Positions 1 to 10,300 of a stretch of 64,000 nucleotides of DNA are shown here, one piece after another. The position numbers were made by a program, and so were the translations under genes. Source of the DNA: Elusimicrobiota bacterium (GTDB lineage: Bacteria > Elusimicrobiota > Elusimicrobia > Elusimicrobiales > UBA9959); the NCBI GenBank assembly GCA_016208085.1, contig JACQYT010000015.1:2775-66774 (forward strand), written 5' to 3'. Numbering within the stretch: the first letter of the stretch is position 1; the number at the start of each line of letters is the position of its first letter. The notes beneath the pieces are model-generated. The model ran no database searches. It was not told the origin of the DNA and was given only the letters and a program-made list of their open reading frames with translations.

Positions 1-1111
1 TAACTCTTTACTCTTTACGCTTCTTTCCGGCGCTATAACATCCATCAATACTTTGTATCCGTCGCACAGGAAAACTATCTTCACGGACAGTATGAATACG
101 CCGCCTTTAAGCGTTTGCGCCCAGTCGCCGGGAAATCGCGCGAAATCTTTATAGGTGGTTATTACGGGCAGATCGCCCCTTGCCGCCTCCAGCGCGGCCA
201 GTTCTTCATAGGTGAACTGATGATGATCCGGATAGCGCCAGATGTAGACGAGTTCGGCTTTAAGGCTTGCAAGGGTCGCTTCGAAAGATTTCGGGTCGCC
301 GATGCCTGAAAGCGCCGCGACGGACCTGTCCCTGAACTTTGACAGCGGCACGCGCTCATGCGTAAGCGCGTCGATGAACGTATCGGGCGAATGCATGCTT
401 TCTATGACAGGGGCCCCGGGATTTATTTTTTTTATCTCCGCGCGCAGGATTTCCAGGTTTTTTTGAGTCGCATGCTCGCAATGGGATATTATTATAGCGC
501 CGGCCCGTTTAAGGCCGGAGGGGCTTTCCCGCAGATTGCCGAGCGGCAGGAGCGAGTCGGCGTAAAAGGGGGCGGCGGCGTTTATAAGGACGATGTCGGC
601 GTCGCGGCGCAGTTTAAAGAACTGATATCCGTCGTCCAGCAGGAGTATATCGCTCCTGAATTTCTCAATGGCCGTGAGCCCGGCCCTGCGGCGGTCGGCG
701 CAAACCAGCACCGGCACGCCGGTATCTTTGAGCATATTATAAAGCATCAGGGCTTCGTCGCCGGCTTCGCCGGAGGAAAATATTCCGCCTGAATGAAGCA
801 CGGTCACTTTGTTTTTCGGAGCGCGTCTTTTGTAGCCGCGTATCAGCACGGCAGGATTTCGCCCCTGTTGTTTAAGCGCCCTGGCGGCCGCGGCCACCAT
901 GGAGGTCTTGCCGGTGCCGCCGGCCGACAGGTTGCCGAAACAGACGATCCGGGCGATCAGAGTCGCAGTCTTAAGAAGGCCGGCCGAATAAAGAGCCGCC
1001 CGTATTTTTATCGCCGCCAGATAAAATACGGCTAACAGGCCCAAAAACAGCCGGCCGGCGGCATGTTCCCTTATGCCGTTGCGGAACTCTTGGAGGCTCC
1101 ACTTTTTTTTG
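1..1111 (-). CDS. lpxK: Tetraacyldisaccharide 4'-kinase LpxK; 3' end runs off the window start
   Basis: Own translation of the minus strand from ATG 1109-1111: MVNKKKWSLQEF...VCFGNLSAGGTGKTSMV...LLLDDGYQ. P-loop GNLSAGGTGKT. Open to position 1, so absent from the ORF track. Plus-strand ORFs 358..792 and 793..1035 are antisense shadows. Confidence 0.8.
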
Positions 1112-1136
1112 TTCACCATTTTGAAAGGAATATTCC

Positions 1137-2084
1137 TTAAATTAGAATTCCGAGGCTTTCCAGATGTCTTTTTATTTTTTCAAAGACTTCGTCCGGCGCC
1201 AGGCCGGCCAGGTCGCCCTGCGCGTAGCCGTGGAGCGCCAGCGGCGGCCCCCAATTTTCCGGGCCGTTCCGCGCGCCGTAAACGGTGAAAGTGGGGGCGC
1301 CCTGGCTTACCGCTATGTGCATGGGGCTTGAAGTCGTACCCACATGCAGTTTGACCCTTTTAAAGAAGGCGGCCAGGTCCAGCAGGTCGAAATCGGCGGC
1401 CACGAGGTGAGGCCGCGCGGCGGCGGCCAGCGCTTTTTTTACACAGTTAAGCTCCCCCGGGCCCGCAAGGAATATAATCCTGGCGCCCAGTTTTTCGCTT
1501 AACGCGTCCGCAAGCGTCGCGAATTTTTCGCCGGGCCACATCCGGTGACCGCGGGGGCTGGTGATGTCGAAAGTTATTATAAGGTCCTTGGCGGGATCCA
1601 GGTTTGCGGCGGCCAAAAACGCGTCCGCTTTTGCGGCGTTTTCACCGGTGAAATTCAGGTCGAGTTTAATATCCCCGTCCCTGACGTCAAGCGGCTCCAG
1701 CAACCGAAGCCTGTTATGGACCGTGTAGCCCCGGTCGCGGTAGCGGGGCATGATATTGTAAAAGAAAAAACCGAGCGGATAGTGAAAGGCTATTCTTTGT
1801 TTTGCTCCGGACAGCCGCGTATACCAGCCCGACGGCGCGGAACGCATAAAGTCTATGACGGTGTCGAGCTTAAGCGCGCGTATCCGTTTTAAAGCCCCTT
1901 TGCCCCTTATGATTATCCCCGAAACGAGGGGATTGTTCCTCAGGATCTTTTCGGAAGGCTTTTTTGTCAGAAAAAATATCTCGGCCGAAGGGTGGCGCTT
2001 TTTAAGCGCCCGGATAAGCGGCGTGGTAAGGAGCACGTCCCCTATGCCTTTAAAGACTATCAGCAGTATCCGTTTAGGGTCCAT
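1137..2084 (-). CDS. Glycosyltransferase family 9 (LPS heptosyltransferase-like)
   Basis: ORF 1137..2147; N-terminal ILLIVFKGIGDVLLTTPLIRALKKRHP is the GT9 signature. I place the start at MDPKR (2084), because the upstream 21 codons lie in a word-repeat hairpin. Confidence 0.8.
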   Translation of the reverse strand: MDPKRILLIVFKGIGDVLLTTPLIRALKKRHPSAEIFFLTKKPSEKILRNNPLVSGIIIRGKGALKRIRALKLDTVIDFMRSAPSGWYTRLSGAKQRIAFHYPLGFFFYNIMPRYRDRGYTVHNRLRLLEPLDVRDGDIKLDLNFTGENAAKADAFLAAANLDPAKDLIITFDITSPRGHRMWPGEKFATLADALSEKLGARIIFLAGPGELNCVKKALAAAARPHLVAADFDLLDLAAFFKRVKLHVGTTSSPMHIAVSQGAPTFTVYGARNGPENWGPPLALHGYAQGDLAGLAPDEVFEKIKRHLESLGILI

Positions 2085-2086
2085 AA

Positions 2087-2191
2087 AGGGCAGGGTACAG
2101 GGTAGAGGGGTCAGGGTATAGGGTTCATTTGGGGTAAGGAGTTCCATATTTCCGCACCCTATACCCTTTACCCTAACCCCTATACCCTACC
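2087..2191 (-). repeat. Class A word hairpin (GGGTA-type G-tract arm / TACCC-type C-tract arm) in the GT9 leader
   Basis: Arms 2087-2124 and 2156-2191. Inner 12 bp are a perfect complement (agggtatagggt/accctataccct); outer words are permuted. The loop carries ATGGAACTCCTTACCCC on the gene strand. Confidence 0.7.
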
Positions 2192-2453
2192 GTATCCGGT
2201 ACCTGGGGTCGTTGTACATTTTAAACTGGCGATAGATTTTAAGCCTGGTCCTGCCGGCGATCACGCTTTTAAACAGTCCGGTGAGTTCGGCTTCCAGATC
2301 GGTTTTCTGGACGTTAAGGACGGCGAGCCTTGAACCCGCCTCGTTTTTATGCGCGGCGTCCGCGTCCGGGCGCTGGAACTGCTCGGCCATGTGGCAGATT
2401 TTAAGCTGGATTATGCTGATCTTGTCCACCAGGCTGCCGATAGTCTCAGCCAT
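2187..2453 (-). CDS. Small helical protein, paralog of the upstream gene (possibly DUF4254-like; unverified)
   Basis: ORF 2187..2498; start taken at [24 protein letters not shown] overlaps the upstream stop as ATGGCTGA. Confidence 0.55.
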   Translation of the reverse strand: MAETIGSLVDKISIIQLKICHMAEQFQRPDADAAHKNEAGSRLAVLNVQKTDLEAELTGLFKSVIAGRTRLKIYRQFKMYNDPRYRIR

Positions 2454-2682
2454 TACTAAGCCTCCCGGAAATATCCAGGGCCTCCAGAACCGCCTCATCT
2501 ATACGTTCTATGAGGTCGTTGCGGGCCTGGTTAAGTTTGTCTATGTTGCGCTTGGCTTTGGCCACGACCAGGTCGTCTTTCAGGCGCGCTTTGTCCTCTT
2601 CGTGCCACAGCAGCACGTTCGTAAGGGAAAGTTCGCTGACTAGAGTTCCGATATTCGCCTTTTTCATTTTCAATCTCCGCAA
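2446..2682 (-). CDS. Small helical protein, paralog of 2187..2453
   Basis: ORF track [26 protein letters not shown]..., which aligns by eye with [21 protein letters not shown] of the neighbour. Confidence 0.55.
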   Translation of the reverse strand: MRRLKMKKANIGTLVSELSLTNVLLWHEEDKARLKDDLVVAKAKRNIDKLNQARNDLIERIDEAVLEALDISGRLSNG

Positions 2683-2721
2683 TATGGCGTTTTTTTTTAA
2701 TCAGCGGACTTTGCGCGGCGA

Positions 2722-3534
2722 TTAAAAAAGCCTTGACGCGCCCCGGGTCAACTGCAAATACATGTCCAGTTCATTATCCCCGCCTCTTATGAACAGCCTG
2801 TCTATGGGTCCGGCTTCGCGTTGCCAGGGCCAGGGGGTTTTTCCCTGCCTGAAGCTGAAGTCAAAAGTATAGCCCGCTTTGAACACGCTCTCCCTTAAGG
2901 CCGGGTTGCCTGCGCCGGCGCCGTACGGATAGGCGAAAGCGCATATTTCGGTTCCCAGCGCGGCCTGAAGCTGTTTTCTGGATTCGGCGATTTCCCACGC
3001 GGCGTCCTCAAAGGGGAGCTTTTCAAGATCGGGGTGGTTCATGGTGTGGGAGCCGAGCTCTATCACGCCGCTGGAGAGCATTTTCCTGAGCATTTCCAGA
3101 TCGGCCATATTGATCCAGGGCTCGCCGGCGGGGTTATGCCACAGGTTGGCTTTTCCGATAGCGTTATACACCGCGAAAATATTGCCCCTGGCGTTCAGTT
3201 CTTTCAGGATCCTGTAAGCTTCGGCGTAATTATTCTCATAACCGTCGTCAAAAGTGATCAGGACCGCTTTTTCCGGGAGTTTTTTTCCGCCTTTATGCGC
3301 TTTCCTGAGGTCCGAAAAAAGCAGCGTGGTATAACCGTGGTTCAAAAGCCAGACGACCTGCGCGCGGAATTTTTCCGGGGTTACCCACAGGCTGCCGAGC
3401 CTGGAGCCGGCGGGGGCGCGGCCTATTTTGTGATAGACAAGGACCGGCAGGCCGGCCGCTTTTCTCCGCCACCAGGTCCAGCGGGCGCTCGCCGCCGCGG
3501 CGCCCAGAAAAACCGCCAGCTCAAGCATGCTCAT
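2722..3534 (-). CDS. Polysaccharide deacetylase (NodB homology domain)
   Basis: VLITFDDGYENNY and GSHTMNHPDL motifs; N-terminal TM helix. Confidence 0.8.
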   Translation of the reverse strand: MSMLELAVFLGAAAASARWTWWRRKAAGLPVLVYHKIGRAPAGSRLGSLWVTPEKFRAQVVWLLNHGYTTLLFSDLRKAHKGGKKLPEKAVLITFDDGYENNYAEAYRILKELNARGNIFAVYNAIGKANLWHNPAGEPWINMADLEMLRKMLSSGVIELGSHTMNHPDLEKLPFEDAAWEIAESRKQLQAALGTEICAFAYPYGAGAGNPALRESVFKAGYTFDFSFRQGKTPWPWQREAGPIDRLFIRGGDNELDMYLQLTRGASRLF

Positions 3535-5039
3535 GCTCGTTTCTCCCGCGATCTTTCAAGCAGTTCTTTCGCCGCGTCAAAGACCTTGTCCGGCGTTATC
3601 AGCCGCATGCACAGAAAATGCCCGCGGGGGCAGGAGGCGGAGCCGTGCAGCGCGCAGGGGCGGCAGGCCAGGTCCGCCTCAAGCACCGCGTTCCGTTCTC
3701 CGTAAGGGAAAAACCCCAGCTCTTTTGTGGTTGGCCCGAAGACGGCGGCGACCGGCACGCCGAAAGCCACGGCTATATGCATGGGGCCGGAATCATTGGT
3801 TATAAAAATTTTCAGCCTTTTAACGAGAGCCATCAACTCCTCTATTCCGGTTTTACCCGTCAGGTTAAGGCAGGTTCCAGGCCCGGCGGCGGCCTCTATT
3901 TGGGCGTTCCACGCGGCCTCGTCTTTTGCGCCCACCAGCAGGACGCGGGCGCCGTACGCGGCGGACAGCTTTTTTATAAGCCGGGCCCAATGCCGCGCCG
4001 GCCAGCGCTTGGTGGGCCAGACCGAGCCGGGGTTGGCGCCGATAAAAATGTCGGTCCCCGCTCCCTTCAGAGCGGCGGAGCTCTCGCGAAGCGGCGGGAA
4101 CCGGGTCTGCGCCGGGCCCGGGGTCAGCGGGAGCAGCAGGGTCAGATTACGTTCCAGGTCGTGTATCAGCCAGGAGAACGGGACCCTGTGCGTGAAAAAA
4201 AAACTCCCGGCGCTGGAGTCAAAACCGATGCGCACCGGTATCCCGGCAAGCCGGGCCAGCAGCGCGCTCCTGAACGACCGGTGCGGAACTATCGCGATGT
4301 CGAATTTTCTTCTCTTCAGTTCGCCGGCCAGCCTGCGGAACTCAGGCCAGAACGAGCCGGCCTCCCTTTTATTGTCCGTTATTATTTCGGCGGCAAGGCC
4401 GCAGGAGGCGAATAGCGCGGCCGTGTCGGGACGCGCGACCACGGTAATATCGGAGTCCGGCGCGGCTTTCCTTATTTTTGCAAGCAGCGGCAGCGTCAGG
4501 ACGCAGTCCCCCAGGAACGCGGTCTGCAGCAGGCAGATCCGCTTGCGACCTTGCGCGGAGACGGCCGGACCGGGCTCAAGGACCCAATCGCCCAGCAACG
4601 GCTCGCGGCAGACGACGGGCACGCCTATCTTCTCAAGGACCTGGAGGTACCGCTCAAGGGTGCGCTTTTCAAGCGCCGGGTTCGGCACCCTGAAATTGAC
4701 GAAGAGACGGCGCGCCAAAGAATCCTTTTTGTAGCGCGCTTTGACAGGTATTGCGGAACCCGCGCACAGCAGCAGGCTGCGGAGGTTGGCGTGGAGGTCC
4801 AGCAGGATATCGTACCGGCCGCGCTTTATCTCCCGAAGGGCTGAAAAAATCCCGGTGAAAGGCAGCGCCGCGGACACGAACGGGTTTTTCCGGACGGCGG
4901 CGGCGAACTGCGGCTTGACCAGCATGGTTATGCGCGCGGCGGGCCAGCGCTCCTTGAGATTCCTCAGAACCGGGGCCGTAAGTATGATGTCGCCCAGGGA
5001 GGACAGTCTTATTATAAGGATATCGGGAGCCGTTTCCAT
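3531..5039 (-). CDS. Glycosyltransferase family 9 with an extra N-terminal half-domain
   Basis: Two GT9 N-terminal signatures in one 502-aa ORF: ILIIRLSSLGDIILTAPVLRNLKERWP and ICLLQTAFLGDCVLTLPLLAKIRKAAP. C-terminal NDSGPMHIAVAFG. Confidence 0.8.
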   Translation of the reverse strand: METAPDILIIRLSSLGDIILTAPVLRNLKERWPAARITMLVKPQFAAAVRKNPFVSAALPFTGIFSALREIKRGRYDILLDLHANLRSLLLCAGSAIPVKARYKKDSLARRLFVNFRVPNPALEKRTLERYLQVLEKIGVPVVCREPLLGDWVLEPGPAVSAQGRKRICLLQTAFLGDCVLTLPLLAKIRKAAPDSDITVVARPDTAALFASCGLAAEIITDNKREAGSFWPEFRRLAGELKRRKFDIAIVPHRSFRSALLARLAGIPVRIGFDSSAGSFFFTHRVPFSWLIHDLERNLTLLLPLTPGPAQTRFPPLRESSAALKGAGTDIFIGANPGSVWPTKRWPARHWARLIKKLSAAYGARVLLVGAKDEAAWNAQIEAAAGPGTCLNLTGKTGIEELMALVKRLKIFITNDSGPMHIAVAFGVPVAAVFGPTTKELGFFPYGERNAVLEADLACRPCALHGSASCPRGHFLCMRLITPDKVFDAAKELLERSREKRA

Positions 5040-5040
5040 A

Positions 5041-5110
5041 AGGGCAGGGTATAGGGTAGAGGGGTTAGGGTATAGGGTAAAGGAGTTTCTTATTTCTGTA
5101 CCCTTTCCCC
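5041..5110 (-). repeat. Class A word repeat, paralogous to 2087-2191
   Basis: ccataagggcagggtatagggtagaggggttagggtatagggt directly abuts the GT9 start. It is near-identical to the sequence abutting the other GT9 start at 2084. Short C-arm at 5099-5110. Confidence 0.7.
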
Positions 5111-5259
5111 GCTATGCTGTACAGAATAAAAATTATATCATTTGTAGAACAGTAAAAAAGCAAGAGAGCCGGACAGCGAGAAAGCAAGAAAGTAAAAAAG
5201 TTTTTACTGTCACGCTCTCCGGCTGTCGCGCTGTCACGCTACGCCTGAAACGAGACTCT

Positions 5260-6669
5260 ATGAACGAAACCGCCGCCGAAGAAAAGCTGCCGCTGAAGGA
5301 AATAATGAGGATGCTCTTCAAAGCCTCCAGGGGCTTCTGGCTTGTCAATGTGGTTAATTTCGGCGACGGCATAGCCTATTTCGGCATGTTGAACCTGATG
5401 ACGCTTTTCCTGGGCCTCAAAGGCCTCGGCATGAGCGACGAGCTGACCGGCTGGAGCGTGTCGCTGTTCACGGGCCTGGTGACGCTGTTTATGTTCGGCG
5501 GGGGGTTCATTTCCGACCGCATCGGCGTAAGGCGCGCGCTCACTCTCTGCCTGGCGATGCTTCTGGGCGGCCGGCTTTTGCTGGTCCTGGCCCCCGGGCT
5601 CTCCGCCGCCGCGCCGGCAACATTCAGCCTGTTCGCAACCGAGATCAGCCTTTCGCCCTCTTTTATGCTGTGCTGGGCCGGACTGCTTGCAATGGCTTTC
5701 GGCGAAGGCGTCATACAACCCGCGCTTTACGCCGGGGTCAAGGAATATACCGATGCGCGGACCGCGACCATAAGCTACAGTCTGCTGTACGCGATAATGA
5801 ACCTGGGGATAGTAATGGAAAGCTTCGTCTCGCCCCTGATCCGCACCGACGGGCCTTTCATAAAAATCCGGGGACGGGAGATAATGGGGCTCGGGCTGGG
5901 CATACCCGGGGTCTTCTGGCTGTGCATAGCGGTAACGCTGCTGATGCTGCTGGTTCACACAGGCTTTTTTACCGCCAGAGTGGAAGCCCGCGACCGCGCG
6001 GCGGGGGACGCTCCGGTTACGGACGAAAAGCGCAGGACCCTGGCGGAAAAACTCAAGGGGCTGCCGTTCCTGGACGCCCGGTTCATGTTCTTTATCTTCG
6101 CTCTGCTGCCGGTGCGCACCCTTTTCGCGCATCAATGGCTGACCATACCCGACTACATCATGCGCTGTTTTCCGGCTTCGGTCGGGGCTAAGTACGAATG
6201 GATAACCGCTCTGAATCCCATTATCATCGTCATCTTCGTCCCGCTGATAGCCGCGCTCACGCGCAAGGTCAGCGTCGTGACCATGATGATAGCCGGCACC
6301 GCCCTCTCCGCCGCCACCACTTTTCTTCTGGTGCCCGGCCCGAACCTGACGGCCCTGCTCGCTTATGTGATCATCTTTTCGTTCGGAGAGGCCGTGTGGT
6401 CTTCCCGGTTCCTGGAATATGTGGCGGAGCTGGCGCCGGCGGGCCGGGTGGGAGCCTATATGGGCCTGGCCGGCATCCCCTGGTTCCTCGCCAAATTTAC
6501 CACCGGACTTTATTCCGGCAGGATGCTTGCCGTTTTTGTGCCGGCCTCCGGCCTCAAGGACAGCTCCACCCTGTGGCTCATCTACGCCCTTATCGCCTGC
6601 GCGACGCCGCTGACCCTGATCCTGGCCAGGCGGTGGCTGACCGCGCCGCTTTCCGCAACAAAAAGTTAA
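5260..6669 (+). CDS. MFS transporter (POT-like N-terminal motif)
   Basis: ORF 4741..6669. The first 173 codons are antisense to the GT9 gene. Real start is MNETAAEEK at 5260. Multiple TM helices; VNFGDGIAYFGM resembles the POT ExxERFxYYG box. Confidence 0.75.
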   Translation: MNETAAEEKLPLKEIMRMLFKASRGFWLVNVVNFGDGIAYFGMLNLMTLFLGLKGLGMSDELTGWSVSLFTGLVTLFMFGGGFISDRIGVRRALTLCLAMLLGGRLLLVLAPGLSAAAPATFSLFATEISLSPSFMLCWAGLLAMAFGEGVIQPALYAGVKEYTDARTATISYSLLYAIMNLGIVMESFVSPLIRTDGPFIKIRGREIMGLGLGIPGVFWLCIAVTLLMLLVHTGFFTARVEARDRAAGDAPVTDEKRRTLAEKLKGLPFLDARFMFFIFALLPVRTLFAHQWLTIPDYIMRCFPASVGAKYEWITALNPIIIVIFVPLIAALTRKVSVVTMMIAGTALSAATTFLLVPGPNLTALLAYVIIFSFGEAVWSSRFLEYVAELAPAGRVGAYMGLAGIPWFLAKFTTGLYSGRMLAVFVPASGLKDSSTLWLIYALIACATPLTLILARRWLTAPLSATKS

Positions 6670-6680
6670 CATAAAAGCTA

Positions 6681-6709
6681 TTGACAAGCAACAGTATTTA
6701 GACTATTAA
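6681..6709 (+). promoter_or_regulatory. Sigma70-like promoter TTGACA-N17-TATTAA, possibly giving a leaderless mRNA
   Basis: TTGACA at 6681-6686, 17-nt spacer, TATTAA at 6704-6709. ATG of the next gene lies at 6716, 7 nt after the -10, with no SD. Confidence 0.45.
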
Positions 6710-6715
6710 TATAGT

Positions 6716-7255
6716 ATGAGCAAACGGCGAAAGTTTGCGGTCTCCGCCATTGCCTGGGGGCTGGCTTTTTTGTCTTTTGCGGCGGTCAACGCCGTAATGA
6801 GTTCCAAACTCTACCGCATCCTCATAAGCGAGCTGGTATCAGCGGGCAACACCAGGCCCAAGACCGGCGCCGGCTACGTCCTTTTCGGCAGCACCGGGCA
6901 ACTGGGGTATGGCGCCGTTTCCGGCGGCAAATACTCCATAAACTGGGGAACCGTTAATTCCTCGCCTCCGTCCCGGGCCGATGTTTCCTCCGCGCACGCA
7001 TTCCCGAACCCATGCAGCTTTAAAGCCGGCTGCAACAGCGTCACTTTTACCGGCCTGACGCTGCAGGCTACGGTCAAGGTGTACACTATCTCCGGCGAGC
7101 TTGTGCGCACAATCGCCAAGAGCGGCAACACCGACCGCACGGAACCCTGGGACCTGAAAAATGCCGCCGGCAGACAGTTGGCAAGCGGCCTGTACCTGTA
7201 TCTTGTAGAGGGCAAAGGCGCTTTCAAAAAAGGAAAACTGGTGATAGTGCGGTGA
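6716..7255 (+). CDS. Small secreted protein with T9SS-type / FlgD-Ig-like C-terminal domain
   Basis: Signal peptide AIAWGLAFLSFAAVNA. C-terminus AFPNPCSF...VKVYTISGELVRTI...LASGLYLYLVEGKGAFKKGKLVIVR. GxYS motifs are shared with the 57655 protein. Confidence 0.75.
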   Translation: MSKRRKFAVSAIAWGLAFLSFAAVNAVMSSKLYRILISELVSAGNTRPKTGAGYVLFGSTGQLGYGAVSGGKYSINWGTVNSSPPSRADVSSAHAFPNPCSFKAGCNSVTFTGLTLQATVKVYTISGELVRTIAKSGNTDRTEPWDLKNAAGRQLASGLYLYLVEGKGAFKKGKLVIVR

Positions 7256-7307
7256 ACCCGGAAAATTTTAGAGGGGTAATCAAAATGAGGGTTAACAGGG
7301 AGACATT

Positions 7308-10300
7308 ATGAGAATATTTAAAAACCTTGCGCTGACGCTCGGCTTGCTGGGCGTTTTCAACCTTTCAGTTTCCGCCGGGGAAATAAAGCCCGGCGCGGTT
7401 TCCGGTTCAATAAACTACCAGGGCCGCCTTGAACGGGATAATGCGCCCGTTACGGGCATCGTCCACCTGACATTCAGGATTTACAACGCCGCCGAAGGGG
7501 GGACTCTGCGCTGGCCGACGCCGGCCTGTCCGAGCTCTGAAATAACGGCGACCGCCACCCAGGGCATTTTCAGCGCCTCTATAGCCCCGTGCTGGGAGGT
7601 TTTTTCCCTGGCGGAACAGTTGTATCTGGAAGTGCAGGTGGAAAGCGACGTGCTGTCTCCGAGGGAGCCCTTGAACAGCGTTGTTTACGCCATGGTGGCC
7701 AAAAAGCTCGAGGACGGCTCTTCCATTTCAGTGACCACGCTGGCCGCGTCTTACCAGGTGCTGCTGGCCACGGTTTCCGGCAATGTCGGCATAGGCAGCA
7801 TGGCCGCAGCTCCGGATAAAAAGCTGACGGTAAACGGCGGCATCAGGATTTTAAGCGACGGGTATTATTTTCCGGACGGCACGCTCCAGAACACCGCCGG
7901 CGTGGCCGGCGCGGGCAACCTTTCTAATCCTTCGGACGCCGTCGTCACCTCCGACTCGGATAATTCCGGGGGCGGCGACATCATACTGCAGATCTACAGC
8001 GCCGAGCGGGCGCGCGTGCTGGCCTCCAACGGCAACCTGGGCGTGGGCGCGGCGGCGCCGTCGGAGAGGCTTGAAGTCAACGGGAACCTCGCCAACACGG
8101 CCGGCACTTTCGCCATATATTCCCGCGACTATCTCGTGTCCCGGCCGAGGGACGCGTCCAACGCGGTCTTCAGGCTGATGCCGAGGGACGATAATTCCGC
8201 CGCTCCCAGCTCCATCTCCGCGCTGGAACTTTACACGCTGACGGACACTTCCACGGGGACGCCGGTCAATTATACGCGCGGCGTTATGATTATGACCGCC
8301 AACGGCCTGGAATTTTACCAGGAAAAAGGCGGCGCCGGCTCCGAGCTGCCGATACTTTTCAAGACCGGCGGCGCGGAGCGCATGAGGATCGTCACCGGCG
8401 GCAACGTCAGCGTAGGCGGGCTGCCCAACCCCACCGATAATTTCCAGGCGGCGGGCGATATTTCGGCCAACACGGGCGTGCGCGGCGCGCGGGTGTCCAT
8501 AGGCGATTATTCCACCTGGACCAACCTGCCCAACGAGATCCGTTCCGAAGCCGGCTACCATCTTCTTCTCCAGCAGACGAATAGTTACAATGTGGGCATC
8601 GGCACCGACAGCCCAAAAGAGAAGCTGCATGTGCGCGGCAGCGTGATGGCCGACTACGGCATAAGCGCCGCCACCGCGGCTTTTTCGGATGCGGTGACCG
8701 TGGGCGCCAATTTCACCGCCAACTCCGGCCAGGGCAGCGTAGTGAAACTTTCCTCCACGGTGATATACGGCACGCTGACGGTGTACGGCGCCGTGGGTTC
8801 CGATAAGGGCTGGCCCGCTTACCTGGCGTCCACCCAGACTTTCACGGGGCAGAACACCTTCGCCAGACAGGTGGCGGCTTTAAGCGATCTTACCGTCGCC
8901 AACCGCCTGGGCGTCGGCGCGGCGGGCTTTAGCTTCGCGCCTTCGGAGTATCTGCAGGTAGGCGACGGCCTGGTCGCCAACGACGACGCCCAGGCGTATC
9001 TGATGTCCGGCGCCGGGACAGGTAATTCCAAAATATATTTTTACCGCGGACCGACGGAGGCGGCGCGCCTTGAGACCCAGAACGGCAGTAACCTCGCTCT
9101 CGTGGCGGGCAACACCAAGTCGCTGGTGGACTCGACCTACTACAGGATCTACAACAGCGTGTTCTGGGTCTCCACCGGCACCAACAACGCCACGCCTGCT
9201 ATATTCGTAAGCTCGTGGATGGGCAACGTAGGCGTCGGGACCGCGGTGCTTGACCCCAACTGGAAGCTTACCGTCAGCGGGAACATTAGGATCTCAGGGC
9301 CCGCTTCCAACGGCATTATTTTTGCCGACGGCACCACGCTGACCAGCGCCAATCTCGGCGGCATTTCGGCGGGCGCCATCTCGCATAATGAGGACGCTAT
9401 AGTGCAGTCGGACGCCGATCTAAACGGTTCCGGCAGCGTCGTGCTGCGCGCGGGCGCGCTGGACGGGCTGGCGCTGAACACGGGCGGCAACGTGGGCGTA
9501 GGCACGCTGTACCCGGTTGCGCGGCTCAATGTAAGGGGCGGGGACCTGGTGCTGGGCACGCCCTACAATCCTTACGCTTCCGACAGCAAGGAAGATCTGA
9601 TATTGGGCGGCAATTTGGTGGTGGACGGCAGCATAGAGCAGCGCGCGGCTTCAATGGCCATTTTCAGCGGGCTGACCGTCACCAATAATGTCTATCTTTC
9701 CACGGTCGCGGCCGCCAGGACCGGCATAGGCACGGACAACCCGCAATATAAGCTGGACGTCGTCGGCGACGTCAACCTGTCCGGCGCGTTAATGAGCGGC
9801 GGTACGCAGAGAATGTCGGCTACCGGCGTTTTATCCAACACGACCTGGAACGGCGCCACGATAACGGTCCCTTACGGCGGGACGGGCGTAACCTCGCTTA
9901 CTTCCGGCGGCATCCTTTACGGCAACGGAACCGCGGCGATTGCGCCCACGGCCGTGCTCGCCAACGGGCAGCTGCTCATCGGCGACGGTTCCGGCGCCCC
10001 TACGCTGGCCACGCTTACCCCGACCGCCAACCAGGTGAACGTCACCAACGCCGCGGGCGCCATAACCCTTTCCCTGCCGCAGGATATAAATAGCGGGGCC
10101 AGCCCGGCATTCGCGGGGCTGACCGTTGGTTCGCTCACCGGCGTCATTAAAGGAGCTACTGGAGTCTTAAGCGCCATGACCGGCACGACAAACCAAATCA
10201 CCCGCTGGTCTGACGCCGATACAATCGGCGCAAGTTCAATTCTAACGGATGACAGCGCCAGGTTCACCGTCTCGGCCCCTGCCGACCTTACCGGCTCCAT

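Noticed and set aside
4741-5259. N-terminal 173 codons of ORF 4741..6669, and similar extensions at 27117-27197, 25625-25738, 34731-34898, 35770-35814 and 61640-61720
   Set aside because: The extensions overlap upstream genes or repeat arms and lack RBSs. Downstream in-frame ATGs have RBSs and family-typical N-termini.
5239-6687. 482-aa minus-strand ORF, with similar long ORFs at 3727..4734 (+), 19573..20592 (+), 41314..42123 (-), 26517..27161 (-), 50940..51740 (-), 52222..53457 (-) and 63422..63973 (-)
   Set aside because: All are antisense or frame-shifted shadows of genes with clear family motifs. Their products are Arg/Pro/Gly/Ser-rich low complexity, typical of open antisense frames in GC-rich DNA.
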